Positions 25,201 through 38,087 are shown, numbered from the stretch's first letter. The stretch: DNA of 64,000 bases from Antedon mediterranea (GCF_964355755.1 NC_092674.1:29078001-29142000); one strand, 5' to 3'. Translations and numbers: made by a program. Notes: a model not told the origin generated them from the letters alone.

Positions 25201-28200
25201 TTATTGTTTTTTTTATTCATTGTTCTTCTATTTGTATGTACAGTACGGTGACTGTCGCTATTCTCTAAATGTCATGTTGCAATGTTGAAATATTAAACTT
25301 CTTGTTAAACTAATGGCACTTAATGAATGATTTTACAAATGTTTAATGTAAAATGCTATTAACAACGTTATTGTAAGCTGTCATCACCACTGAAGGGGAA
25401 GAAGAGGATGAACAATAATAATGTGAAGGTCACACTGCACAGGACATCTAGATGATCATGTGACAGTGTGCCCTGCTGATCCCATGTGAATATCAAACTA
25501 CTATCTGGAGGTGTGATGTCATTTGTGTTCTTTAAGCTTTGTTTACACTATTAAAACTTTATATGACAAAAAAAAGTGATGTGCCCATATATACACACGA
25601 TGATGTCATATCTCTACCATATTTGGGTATATCACTACCATATTTGGGCACACCACACTTTTTTTTTGTCAAACTAGTTTGATAGTGTAGACAGAGCTAA
25701 AGCTTTGTTGCTCTCACTACCCACTGTACTATACACAACTTCTTTAATTAATAGGTAATACAGCAGTGGCCAGGTCCTATGTTTCAACAGCAACGAGTCT
25801 TCAAGAAAGAACTGGTACTATGGCAGCAATCAGTGGATTCCAGGCTGTGGGGTTTATCTTTGGTCCTGGTAAGTGTCATTTAAAGTCTGTTACAGTGGAA
25901 CCCCAAGTTTGGGACACGCCTATTCGGGATGCATCCCTATAGTGTCATGTAAAGTATGTTACACAGTAGTTTGAGGAATTGGGACATACAGTAGTCAGAG
26001 AGACACGCCCTTTGGCGATAGTTGTCTTTGACAGCTCTTGTCTCTCACCCTTTTTATGTTTCACTGAAAGGAATAAATCAAATAAAAACATCCCTATTCA
26101 GGAGCCATCCTATTAGGATTACACTTTTCCAATAAGCAATATTGTTTTCACATTATATTCAGGGGACATCCCTAATAAGGACAGAATATGTTGGGTCCCA
26201 AAAGTGTCCCCTTAGTAGAAGTTCTGTTGTATATATATTCTATATATTTTTTCTTAAAATGATAGATCTCCATTCTTGTCAAAACCAGCACACAATTAAA
26301 ATCATTCTCCTTCCCTAAGATTTATTGATTTTGCAATAATTTAAGAGTTTTGTAGTCTTTCAGGCTGCCTTTGTTCCGATTGGCGAAACCGGTGTCTCAG
26401 TTGGGGCGCTCTCCATCAATATGTACACAGTACCGGCATTTGTAAATGCCATCATGACGTGCGTGAATCTCGCACTTATCCTTCTGGCATTTAAGGAATA
26501 CCAAATCCCAGATATAACAGTTGATAATGACGTTCCTGGTAAGTTCCATTGGGAAAGATAGATATTCATTGCTGGGAATTTTAGACGGTTGATTTCATTA
26601 ATTAAATCACTCCTTTTTTGTTTGTTTTGTTGTGTTACACACCAATTAAATTAAAAAATAAATATTCAATACAAAATTTTGTTATATCAAAATATAGTAT
26701 TATTATACGCACTTAAAGTTTGGTGGATGGTGATCAAAAAAAAATTTGGCAGCAAACAGTATTCTCCTATTATGGTCACTATAAGTTAAAATAAGACAGG
26801 TGATTGGTCGGTTAACAGACAATAAGGAACTCAAATTGTTTAATATCATGAAATGATGTTTTAAGATTTTACATAATCTTGAGAATATAGGAGCAGCTAA
26901 TGCATAACTGTTCCCAAGTGGAAACGGCTTTGTACAACGGGGCTAAACTCACTAGACGTTCATTTTTATTTTAAGTAAAATTGTGTCAACAAACATTTTG
27001 TGATGAGGTCGTTTTTAGTATTAACAATCCACAACTGGCCCTGTGTTCTCGGGATCAAAAGAAGTATTTCAACAAAACATTATCGGATTTTTATATAATG
27101 TAGTCTTTCAAACTTAGCTGACCATAATAATAGAAATTTTGAATTATTAATTGAATAATATAAACATTTTTTAATTAGATAAAATAACTTTGTTATATTT
27201 AAATACAGACAAAGATTATAATATGAATGCATTTCATGAAGGAGTCGAAAATGTCAAAAAAGGTACAAAGGTCATCTCGTTCAATCATTATGCACATCTT
27301 ACTGCCTTCAATATACATTTATAATAATGTTTTATATCAAGGGGTGAGGATGGGTATGAGGGATGTTTGTAACCTTACTTGATTTTCCTGAAATTGTTGA
27401 CACATTAATGAAAATTAAGAGTTAAATTTTTGTTTGTTCAATTTAAAATTGTGCATAAAATAGAATTGTCAATTGTCAATCAAATGTTGATCAGGTAACA
27501 AACATCTCTTCATTGTTCCTCATTGCTTCTTCCCATCATGCATTGTAACCTTTCTCCAATCATGTATCAGGTATAAGCTCACGCTGTAGTATGAATCCAT
27601 CTGAAAAATGTTTTTAGGGAAAATTAAGCCCTTCCTTCTTTCAGGAAGGTGGGCTTCTGTATTGTATTTTAGCAGTTTATACATCAATGTTTGTTGAAGT
27701 ATTATTTTACATTTATCAGTACATTTTCAATCATTTTTTTATCATAATCACCATCAGCAAATAATGGTACTGCTATTAATGCTTCATCACCAAATTCATC
27801 GTCGCTGTACGACAGTATGGATAACTTTGCTTCAGGTAAGATACAGCTCATTGCTTATGCCATTTTGGTGGTACATCCTCTATGATTCTATTGTTTTAAA
27901 AAATATTCTAATAATAATAATACAATAATAATATTTTTTCAGTCACCAAAAAATAATAACCATATAAGCCAATTTACAGAGACGAATGGTAACGGTAATA
28001 AAAATATCTGTTATTTTATAAGCATGATGATTTTATGAGCACTGAGCGAACAGGCAGTTTCCGCTGAGGATATAAACAGACTCCACGTGGGACAAGCTTA
28101 CCGTTACCGCTCGTCTCTGTAAATTGGCCTTCAGAATGAGCTAAAGCCCAAACAGATTCTGCCCTTACTCCGTTGATATGTATGTTGATTGAACCTAAAC

Positions 28201-31200
28201 CCTTGGATTCAAAGGCCACAGTGCCCAAACATTCCATTTGTAGTAGAAAGGGAATGTGATTCTCCCATTGTAGTTTCTATTTGTCCAACCAGTATCATTA
28301 TGAAGGAAAACAAATTATTCCATGTTATAACTGTATACAGACGTTATGACTGGATTATAATGAGTATCTTATTCAAGTGGACACCATTGTTCTTAATTAC
28401 TAATAGTCCTAAAAAAAACAGACTACAACAAAGATGTGGCTAGTTTCACTTTTTGTTTTAAGCTCTGTCTACACTATCAAACTAGTTTGACAAAAAAAGT
28501 GTGATGTGCCCAAATATGGTAGTGATATGCCTAAATATGGTAGTGGTATGATATCACCATGTCCATATATAGGCACATCACATTTTGTCACATAATGTTT
28601 GATAGCGTAGACAGAGCTTTAGATCAGTTATTGTGTAGTATAATATGTTTGCTTAGCCTAGTGTCTTTAAAATTGATTACATTCTTCATTGTCATTTCAT
28701 AGCAAAATCAGAACAAAATGCATATCATCAACTACCATCTAATACGGCATCAGAATCAGGTAAGGTGCCATGCAATTGTGTCACATTATTATATAGTATA
28801 ACATCATATGCTCCTTTGTGTGATTATCTTTATATCCAGTGTGAAAAATATAATAATAATAATATACTTAAGCTCTGTCTACACTATCGGACTAGTTTGA
28901 CAAAAAAAAGTGTGATGTGCCCAAATATGGTAGTGATATAGCCAAATATGGTAGTGATATGACATGATCATGTCCATATATATGCACATCACATTTTTTG
29001 TCGCATAAAGTTTGATAGTGTAGACAGAGCTTTATCCATTACATCTATGTTTTGCAAATGGTCCTGTTTGCATGTTTCATCATTGTGAGCTTATTCATTA
29101 AGAATTCAGTTTAAAATAAGTGTTTTTCTTGTTTTCAGTTACAAGCAGCATTGGAATTGACTTGCCTTTGATTTTGATCCTTAATATCATCTACTTCATC
29201 GTTCTATTTGTGTTCTCAATGTATGAAACGTAAGTATCAGATAAATTACAATTGTATAATAATAATAATTTATGACCCAAAGGACAGGAATGACGGGTAA
29301 ATTACTAAGTATAAAAGGGCGTGACTTAGAGTAATGACAATGTCCTATGTTTTCCCAAATGTTCTCCCAAGATGTTTTCAGAATGTGACCAAATAACATC
29401 ATAATTGATGAGTGCACCGCAAATCATGGTGTCCTGTTTGGATATATGTACTGTATTCATTAATATTTAGTTAATACATAATAATAATATAATAATTGAG
29501 TTAAATGTATTATGTTACGTCAGTTGAATTGAATCATGTTTATTTTAACAAAAATTATGTGTAAGGATGCTTTCATTAAATTTTTTACAATATTATTGAT
29601 TCTATTTTTCTTGTAGAATTGGAACACCAATGACAATGGATATGTATGCTTGGTCAAGGCCACATGCAGTGTTATACAATGGAATCATTGGCGCTGTTAG
29701 TGCAGTTATTTCAGTGTCGATATTCGCATTAGTGAAACCATTAAGTAAGAAGTAAGTCAATATGGTACACTTTCTGATTCTAAGGTCTGATTCACACTGG
29801 AGAAAGAGTGGGCATATTGTAATAATGCAATGTTTACTCAATTGAAACCAAAAGTACTAGATCAAGCTGCATTCACACTTGTTTCGTTTCATGGAACGGA
29901 AGACGGCATTGTTTAAACAAAGGAATTGAACAGTGCCGTATGAATATAGCTTAAATCTACTATACAGCTTCTTAGGTCTGATTCACACTCACTTTCTTAA
30001 CATTGTTAACCAGTAATTCATTTTAAAGTGGTTTTAACTTTTATTTTTTTCAAATAAACATGCAACAATTAAAAATTTAAAAATAATTAAACATCATTAA
30101 CATTTAATTTCTATAGATTTGGTGATAGATTAGTGATGTTAGCAGGTATAATATTCCTCATCATTGGTATCTTTTTGATGTTACCATGGGGTCCTGGATA
30201 CATGCCAATACCTTACTATGGTAAGTAAGATTGCCAATAGGCCTACAAAAAATCAACTGCTTCCACTTTTTTCCAAAAAAGCCGATTTTCCACTAGGCAA
30301 ATTTGTTTATTCAAATCGTTTCACAGAGAAAAAAAATCGCACTACCGTTTTCACTACAAGAATATATAGCTGTGATTTTCATGTGATTGCGTGTCTGCTG
30401 AGCTTTTCGATTCGTATAAATGCGTCATAGCTCATTTCCTGAGCTCTGATTGGTTGCTAAATTTGTCACTTTATGTAAAAATTGGAAATAGTTTGAACTA
30501 CCAATTTCACTGAAGCAAAATCCCAAAGAACTAGGATTCATCGCAGGGAGGGATTTGGAAGTTGGAAAGATGAATATGCATGCGTATAAGCTTACACTTT
30601 CGTTTAGTAGGAAATCGGCTTTAACGGCAAACAAATGATTTCACATTATGACATTCAGCACTGCCACAAACTCAAATACATTGATTTTTAGGTTTTAAAA
30701 ACTTTCATAAAACATTACTAATTGCATTGTGTCGCAGTTGAAATGAAGAAAATAAACAGTATTTCTTTTTCAGCTCTTAATGTATCAGACGTAAATATGA
30801 CCTTCAGTTCAACGATAGCACCAGGCCTAGGTTGTTCATATAGCTGGTGCGATACTAAATTGCTCCCTCTATGGCAATATGGGCTTGCAATATTCGTGAT
30901 TTCGTTGGGGTATCCTACGTGCCAGGTACTTAGTTTTATCCTGTATTCTAAGATGTTGGGACCAAAGCCACAGGTAAGTTATTTTAGTGGTGCATTTTCT
31001 TGACATTAAAGATGGACTTCCCTTTCCCCCCCCCCCCCCCCCAAAAAAAATAAAAATCAGACATTGAATACGCAATTTTGGAGTTTTAATAAACTAATTC
31101 ATCCATAAAAGGAATACCAACAAAAACAATGATTTACTTAATAAAAAAATAACAGTTAAATTTAACAAAAATTAAAATAAAGGTTTTTTTTCAGGTCAAT

Positions 31201-31764
31201 AATTTTTTTTGCTTCAATTTTTGGTCAAAGTGAATAACTATTGTGACATTAAAATGGTATATTCAACACACACAGGGGGACAATATATCGTAAAGTTAAT
31301 TTTACATTATTTAATAATGTTAATAGTCTTATTCCAACTGGTCTACAGTATTTTGATCTAGCTCCATATCCGAACAATGTGAGAGAGGAGTTCCTGTAGC
31401 CAGATAGGTGTAAATAGCTCATTACAATATTTGCCCATTCTTTGAAAAAATAACTTCTCTGTAACAAACCTAGCTGCAAGCTTGGTTCATGTAGATACCA
31501 GCCAAAAACGCCTATTATAAGATATTGTTGTTATTGGTGTTTCAGGGCTTGTATATGGGCATACTTACAGCAGCAGGAAGTCTAGCTCGTACTCTAGGCC
31601 CAATATTTGTGAGTCAGATGTACACAAATAAAGGCATTCGAGCCAGCTTTGGCGTCGTCTTGGGATTGGAATTGGTGATGCTAATCATATATCTCATATG
31701 CTATAAACGTTTCATTCCTTATCATATACGATTACAAAAGAAAAAGGCAACTATTAACTCTTAA
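16276..31764 (+). CDS. MFSD8: Major facilitator superfamily domain-containing protein 8 (CLN7), about 554 aa
   Basis: Exons 16276-16322, 24281-24422, 24681-24921, 25755-25868, 26356-26538, 27209-27262, 27758-27835, 28703-28759, 29139-29229, 29617-29751, 30117-30220, 30774-30973, 31546-31764 (1665 nt, in frame). Motifs: [91 protein letters not shown]-terminal dileucine signal ERTRLL. Confidence 0.93.
17650..18062 (-). mobile_element. Degenerate L2-type LINE 3' fragment in MFSD8 intron 1
   Basis: Minus strand reads [16 protein letters not shown]...[10 protein letters not shown], resembling the end of L2 ORF2. It is followed by an AGCGCTTGAG...(ATT)n-type tail. Confidence 0.7.
18303..18422. repeat. 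About 41-bp tandem triplication (GGGTACTGTATGTGTATGAGACTTATAACTAATTTAATAAT) abutting a Helitron 3' end
   Basis: Three units directly visible. Confidence 0.85.
18423..19258 (-). mobile_element. Partial non-autonomous Helitron copy (3' portion)
   Basis: Highly similar to 19554-20352. Ends in the hairpin CCCGCCC..GGGCGGG plus CTAA (CTRR). Confidence 0.8.
19554..20945 (-). mobile_element. Non-autonomous Helitron, about 1.4 kb
   Basis: Minus strand begins 5'-TCTATATTATAAG, has a (TGTT/TGTC)n microsatellite near the 5' end, and ends in the hairpin CCCGCCCTGGGCGGG then CTAG. Inserted between A and T with no TSD. Confidence 0.85.
24016..24201. mobile_element. Degenerate foldback MITE with an internal GGTTAGG motif
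   Basis: Imperfect arms TACTATCTATTTCCGAAGTATCATA / TATGATACTTCAGAAATATATACAGTA. Confidence 0.5.
25535..25698. mobile_element. PIF/Harbinger-like MITE, family A (inverted relative to the 28461 and 28871 copies)
   Basis: Same TIRs. Internal repeats read CTACCATATTTGGG on the plus strand. Confidence 0.82.
25891..26231. mobile_element. Tc1/mariner-type MITE(s) with TA-CAGTGGAACCCC end and repeated CCCTATTCAGGGGACA motifs
   Basis: TACAGTGGAAC at the left end and GTTCTGTTGTA at the right end. Several internal CCTATTC(A/G)GG...ACA motifs. Confidence 0.6.
27966..28130. mobile_element. MITE with GCCAATTTACAGAGACGA TIRs (PIF/Harbinger-like)
   Basis: Arms GCCAATTTACAGAGACGAATGGTAACGGTAA and TTACCGTTACCGCTCGTCTCTGTAAATTGGC. 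Confidence 0.75.
28461..28618. mobile_element. PIF/Harbinger-like MITE, family A
   Basis: TIR AGCTCTGTCTACACTATCAAAC, with TTA duplication at 28458-28460 and 28619-28621. Confidence 0.9.
28871..29031. mobile_element. PIF/Harbinger-like MITE, family A
   Basis: Same TIRs and TTA target duplication. Further partial copies at about 3133-3250, 4060-4140, 54040-54148 and 59596-59670. Confidence 0.9.
30280..30620. mobile_element. MITE with AGCCGATTTTCC-ACTA TIRs (PIF/Harbinger-like)
   Basis: Left AGCCGATTTTCCACTAGGCAAA, right TTTCGTTTAGTAGGAAATCGGCT. Confidence 0.65.
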
Positions 31765-31826
31765 AGAAACAGTTGGGAGATCGTCTCCAATGGAGGACCT
31801 CTCTAACGGGCCACAAGGTGTAAACT

Positions 31827-32003
31827 CAGTGGCGTAATGCTGAGGCCTGCAGCCCCTGGTTCAGGAACCCTAAGTGGCCCTCCAAAGCTGGAGTTTTTAG
31901 CATTTTTAGCCTTTTTCTACATATTTCAATGCTTGTTGGGGCCTTTATAATCTTCGGGGCCCCTGGGGTTAGCCAGTGAGCGCTCATAGCTGTTACGCCA
32001 CTG
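31827..32003. mobile_element. hAT-type MITE in the MFSD8 3'UTR
   Basis: TIR CAGTGGCGTAA...TTACGCCACTG. Degenerate 8-bp flanks TGTAAACT / TGTGAACC. Confidence 0.75.
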
Positions 32004-32986
32004 TGTGAACCTCTTGTTGCTGATGTTCATGTAAATTTATTTGTCATGGTAAGAATACATCAGGTGGTGTATCCACTAAATTACTGAAATTTTAAACACA
32101 TTTACTTAAAGTTTTGTTAAATCTTTTTGCAAAAGAGCTGAAAAAATTAAGTTTTGAATCAACTTATTTCATTTCACCTTGAATCTCGTAAAATAAGGAG
32201 ATTAGATAGATTATTGATTTTGTAAACTTGTTCTTTTATTAATTATAAAAAAGAAAATAATTTAAGCTTATATTATGTTAAAGCCTCAAATATACAAAAT
32301 AAAATGCCAGAAAATTTGAAAAATACACGGATAAAAATAGGTATTAAGAAGAATGATAAATATAATACTTTGTTGACGGACAGATGGATGGAATCGACGA
32401 ATAGAGACTACGGTAAACTAGATCACAGCGATCTCGTAAAAATATACAGATGTATAAATTTAATTATTTTTTTATCGTGGACAGTATAGAAAGAATATAG
32501 AAGATTTTTATCTTTCTACAGTAAGAATGATATTTTTAATTTCATCAATATTATTAAATTTTTGGTATAAAAATATATACAGTTCATCAATTATATTTGT
32601 AATAAAATATTTTAATCTAAGTTAATAATAATGTAATAGAGTAATTTTTAAATCTATTTCTATACTTTATAGCAACTACCGTAAGTTTATTATTATGTTT
32701 TAAAAATGGTAGAAATATTTGTCACAATTTGATACATGGTATGATGAGATCCCGTGAATTTGTATTTTGTAAATTTTTATCATGATTTAGGAACAAATAA
32801 AAACTACCATATTTGCAATATAACTTGATTAATTTTATTTCTAATAATTTGCATAATACATTCATTTAATTCCTAATATCGATTGTCTAGCACAACATTT
32901 TTTGTTCAATTTCTTGAAATTATGAATTCCCTGCACATCAATCAATAATTGATCTTGAAATAATTTCATTTTAATCCTAATATTAT

Positions 32987-33184
32987 AGAAGATAAATTGT
33001 TCTTTTTTGTTGATCCAATCGATTGAAAGGTACTAAAAATTGGTGCTTATAACAACGTTTCTCAAACATTCATTTTGCTTTCAAGTAGACTGTTGATTTC
33101 CTGAAAGCAAGCTGAATGTTTGCGAAAGTACTATTTTTAATATTTTCGATCTATTGGATCAACAACAACACAATTTCTTTTCTA
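32987..33184. repeat. Degenerate ~200-bp palindrome, probably an old MITE
   Basis: TTGTTGATCCAAT...CAAACATTCA..TTGCTTTCA mirrored by TGAAAGCAA..TGAATGTTTG...ATTGGATCAACAA. Confidence 0.6.
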
Positions 33185-34312
33185 CAAATCATTGAGTTTG
33201 TAACAGCACCAATTGATAACAAATACATGCCTAAAAATGCTTAATATTTGTGGCTGATGGTGTAATAATAAGGTTTATCGCAAATAGTTCAAGGTTATAC
33301 GATTGTGAGCAGTTTTGACACAGATACAAATGTTCTATCTAGAACTATAATCACTTTATTGTGATAAACTATACAAAGTACGAAGATCTTGGTCCCAGAA
33401 TGTTAAACTGATTTGAATGCTATTAAATTTATTAGAAGTTGCACCTTGAAGATCTGCTGTAGAATCTATGGTTCAATATAGCTCCCTAAAAATGCTGTAG
33501 ATTCAGATAAAATTAACAAATAAGATTTACTAAAACAAATTTACCGTTACAGTCTGCAAGACTGTAATTTTCGAGTGATTGGATTGTGATATAAAATGGA
33601 ATAGTCCCACGCGCCTCAGTCAATAGAGGGCGTTTTGAAAAAGATGAACTTAATCAAGCGTAAATACTTAAAAATTAACATGCGTTGTTATTATGTAAAC
33701 AATAATGACATTGCAATTTTGTATCAATTCTGTATTAGGTTTTTACACGGTGTGTTTACCATTCGATAATTTATACGATTATTGGTAGAGTATCATAGTA
33801 AAGCTGTATTTACAGTCTAAGTAGGCCTACTTAAAGTTCTAGCCTACTATCTAGTAAGTTAGCCTAGGCCTAGTAGGCTAGGATATGTAAAGGAAGTTTG
33901 TGTGTGATTAGCCGAGTTGAGCGAGTCTAGCCCTAGAGCTCGCTAAGCCATATATCAAGTAGGCATTATAAGTGAATAGTAATTAACTTGATGTTGAGAC
34001 TTATAAAGCCGAAGCTTGTGTGTCCCTCAACGTGTTTCTATTGTTATGTAGACTCGGAAGTTCTTACTAGAACTATCCTTAACATTAATTATTTTTGAAA
34101 CTTTTTACACAATGACAAATGTCATTCGCATATTTATATTATAATTTTATTCATATATTTACAAGTGAAATAAATTTCTTTACAGTATCAGCAGACTTAT
34201 GTTAATATTTTTCACTCATCTGCTTTTACTCGTCAATACCGAAAGCACAAGTGAAAATATTCTTATACTGCCATCAGCTGTGCAGCCTCAGTTCTCGATA
34301 GCAAATCAGACG

Positions 34313-37121
34313 ATGGCGCGCCATATAATTAAGAACGTGCTTAGCATAGAACAAGCTGAAGGTATGGGAGCCAGAGTTCGTCGCAGTATTGGAAGCCGAG
34401 AGGTAATCTAAAACTAAAAAATTGAAATTACAGTTTAGCTGCAAGAAAAGGTGCAAAGAAAAAATTAAACAAAAATGTTATTTTGTTATTTTTAGCTCCG
34501 CAATCTTGACCCCTTCCTCTTACTTGATGAAGGGAAGGTGAAGAAGCCTGCAGGATTTCCTGACCACCCACACCGAGGATTTGAAACAGTATTTGTCATT
34601 TTTGTTTCCTTTTTTCAGGTAGGCCTAATCTTAGTTATTTTCTCTACTTTACATATTTGATTTAAAAAAAATGTTTTTTTGTCACAGGTAACATATGCTT
34701 TAAAAGGACAAATAATTCATGAAGATTTTGCCGGTCATTCTGGCACCATTAGTACCGGAGATTTGCAGTGGATGACCGCAGGAAGAGGTATCGTACATTC
34801 TGAGATGCCAGGCTCTGATGAAGGAGGACATGTTCTTCAATTGTGGGTGAATCTGAGCAAAGAATTCAAGATGGTTGAACCTCAATACCAGGAGCTGAAA
34901 AGCAAGGATATTCCGGTGGCGAAAGCAGATGGTGTCGTGGTAAAGGTCATTGCTGGGGAGTCAATGGGAAAGAAGGTAGCTTATTTTGGTATATATGTTC
35001 ATTTTATTAATGTTTTATCAATATTAATGTCAAGAAAATGTTGCCCAGATTAACAGTATTCCAACCAGAAAAAAATCGACATTGCATTACATTTTATTTT
35101 TCACAGTCGCAAGTTCGTACTCGTACACCAACCACATACCTTGATTTCAGAATTCAGAAAGGTGGTAAAGTTCGTCAAGACTTAACTAGAGGGTGGACTG
35201 CATTTGCATACATACTCACTGGAAAGGCTTTATTTGGTAAGTTTGTTTCCTCTTAGCAATACATGTTGATGAACGCCAAATGAGTGCACTCACTTGTGGT
35301 TTCATTTCATTTATTTATTCGACCAATAAACAAATACAGAACAGAAACAAAGCACAATGGTCAGGGGCAACTTAAGCAAAACAATTTAAAAACATCGAAA
35401 TACAAAAATAAAAAAAATATTGCACCAAGTAGGCCTAAGACATTTGTACAATGTATTTATACTCAAAATTAACACAGTATTATATTTAAACATTTATTAA
35501 ACGTAAATTCCAAACCAACACATGAGTTTAAAATCTTAAATTTTAATTTAGGAGAAGGAGATAAAGTGAAAGAAGGGGAGGCGCATCAAACTATTGTTCT
35601 GAGTGATGGTGACCATATCACAATTGAAAATAAGGTAATATAAATTAATATACTGTATATAAATATGTCTTGTAGTAGGCCTTATCCCATACTAAGTACT
35701 AAATATCCCATACTAAGTATTATATTCAAAAACACTGTAGTATTCTATACTTAAAGCAAAGAATATATATCACAAGAATGAGTAATCCGCGATTTTCCCT
35801 GTAACAGTAATATTGTCCATGTGGTAGGGCGCCGCCATAAGTATGGATGTATCTGGGATGTATACAACTTTTTGTGAAGGTTTCACTAATCAAATGCTGG
35901 ACCACCGGAGTATTTTCCGATGATAAAAATGTTATCAACTACATGCCAACATCATGTTAAATACTATTTGAATATTTAATTGTTCGTTTTATGCAATTTA
36001 TTTAGTAAAAACTGCCGTATAAACAGTTTGATTTATCAACCGGGCGCTACGATAGCGTGACCGGGCGTGTTGGTGTTTACACGTTTTCACGAAGGATAGT
36101 TTAATAATATTCCTATATTTAACTTGTTTCTGGTAAAACAAATAAATGTTAATGACATTTAACATTTTCTCCTATTAATAACATGTGTTTTATACTAATT
36201 TATATCATAAAAACAATACTTAATTTACCGGGCGTACAGTAGTACACGGCAATGGTAAAGAATAGGCCGTGCTGAGTATAATATTCGTTGATTTTTGGTG
36301 TTGCTGTGTTAGGCCTTTTTTGTGAACTAACTTAGCATGTTAGTAAATAATTGTCTGTAAAAGTGAATAAACACTAGTTTGTTAATAAATATGTATTATA
36401 AAATAGTTTACAATTGCAAAAACTATTATCATAATTCTATTTAATGTGACATGTATCATGTCTATTAAATCAAGTCTTATTTAGTATGTATACATCCGCC
36501 CTTATGAGGGCGGGCATCACTCTCTGGAGCTCTCTGTTACAAATTTCTCATGCAAAAATCGCGGAATAGTCATTCTTGTGATATATATTCTTTGCTTAAA
36601 GATATAAGATAAGAACAATAACAAAAAACACAATCATATGCATGGTACGGGGATAGCGCTCACAGTCCCCAAAAGAGGTTTACATCCTGCGGGTCCCCTC
36701 CTCAGGGGTTTCCCTCCTGAGTGACCCTCTAGTTATCTCTCCACATGCCACAACCACTTTTATGTGCCTTTCTGAATAAAATTCCTTATGCCACTTGTGA
36801 TAATAATACATATTTGTTTGGTAGGATGAAACTGAATGTCGTTTTGTACTGATTGCTGGTAAGCCGCTAGGGGAACCAATTAAGCAGCATGGTAAGATAG
36901 TGTAAAAAATGATATAATATTCATCTGAAGATGAGGCAATTAAAATCTGAATAACATGCACAAACTAAAACGGGTAAGTCTTAAAAAGTTTCTGTTTTTT
37001 AGGACCATTTGTTATGAACACTGAGGAGGAGCTACAACAGGCTATCGATGACTATCGCAATGCACGCAATGGCTTTGAGAAAGCGCGCAACTGGAAGTCA
37101 AAATCTGGTGGCCGCTTCTAG
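34313..37121 (+). CDS. PIR: Pirin (bicupin iron-binding protein), 289 aa from the conserved ATG; possible N-terminal extension from 34199
   Basis: Exons 34313-34402, 34496-34588, 34688-34975, 35107-35236, 35552-35634, 36825-36891, 37003-37121 (870 nt). Motifs: [83 protein letters not shown]. Confidence 0.96.
35757..36594. mobile_element. 838-bp non-autonomous P-element/Galileo-like DNA transposon in pirin intron 5
   Basis: CA...TG termini. About 40-bp TIR CAAAGAATATATATCACAAGAATGA.TA.TCCGCGATTTT. Exact 7-bp target duplication CTTAAAG at 35750-35756 and 36595-36601. Confidence 0.82.
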
Positions 37122-37241
37122 GTTTGTTTAGAAACTTATTGCTTAATCTTTCCTATCCAGCTATAGTAGCGCGCACCCTCCTATACTAGCTACCCTACTA
37201 CAGTATACTCCTACTGTACTACTTATTGACTTATACCATTA

Positions 37242-37320
37242 GGATCGTATGTGGTCTTGTGGCGAAGGTAGTCATCCTGTAAGTAAGAGGTCACCAGTTC
37301 GAATCTGACCAAAGACGATT
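37242..37320 (+). mobile_element. tRNA-derived SINE head or degenerate tRNA-like sequence downstream of the pirin stop codon
   Basis: A-box-like TGGTCTTGTGG at 37252-37262 and B-box-like AGTTCGAATCT at 37296-37306. No clean acceptor stem. Confidence 0.55.
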
Positions 37321-38087
37321 CATCACCCAGATTTTTAAATATATCCTCTTCTTTTCTTAATGAGAAAAGCTCCTAAAAATATTTTTATTTTAGAATTTTG
37401 TGATTTCATATAATTATATTTCTTACTATTTATAGAATATTAGACCCCTACATAGAAATGAGTTATTTATTTTATATTTGTATATATGGTGGTGTAGTAT
37501 TTATAAATAGATATTGGTATGTGTTAATAAAATATGAATTATATAATAAAAAAAGAAAACTTTGTTAGAATAAAACTGACAGATATTTATTTGTCATATT
37601 TTGTTATAAATAATAATACTTATAAGTAATACTATTTTATCATTACTTTAATACAATATAATTAAGGTACTAACTGTATTTTTAAATAGACACAATAAAT
37701 ATGTTTATACAACAGAGTAGTAGTATTACTCTGGTTATTGTTATCCAGAGCACAGCGCGTCATTTCTAATTCGTTAGCGACGCGTTTAACAAAATGATGC
37801 GTTTCAAAATACTGTAACGTATTATTCCGTAATGTAAACGCGTTCGTTTCATAAAACCTGTGACAACAGCACGTACTATAAAGTACTTAACAATCTGTTT
37901 TATGTCCGTTTATATTTGTATTTTTGGCGTCTTTATTTTTATATTATCATCTTGTGTAATAATAATATCCTGGATTTATATAGCGCCTAATGTTGTGAAC
38001 ATTATTACCCCAGTCATTTTTCCTGATCAAACAGGTATGGAAACATACTCCCATAATGCAGCTAGTAATGTAGCTGCAATTGTCATC

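Noticed and set aside
37242-37320. Functional tRNA gene
   Set aside because: A and B boxes are present but the acceptor and anticodon stems do not pair convincingly; treated as SINE-like.
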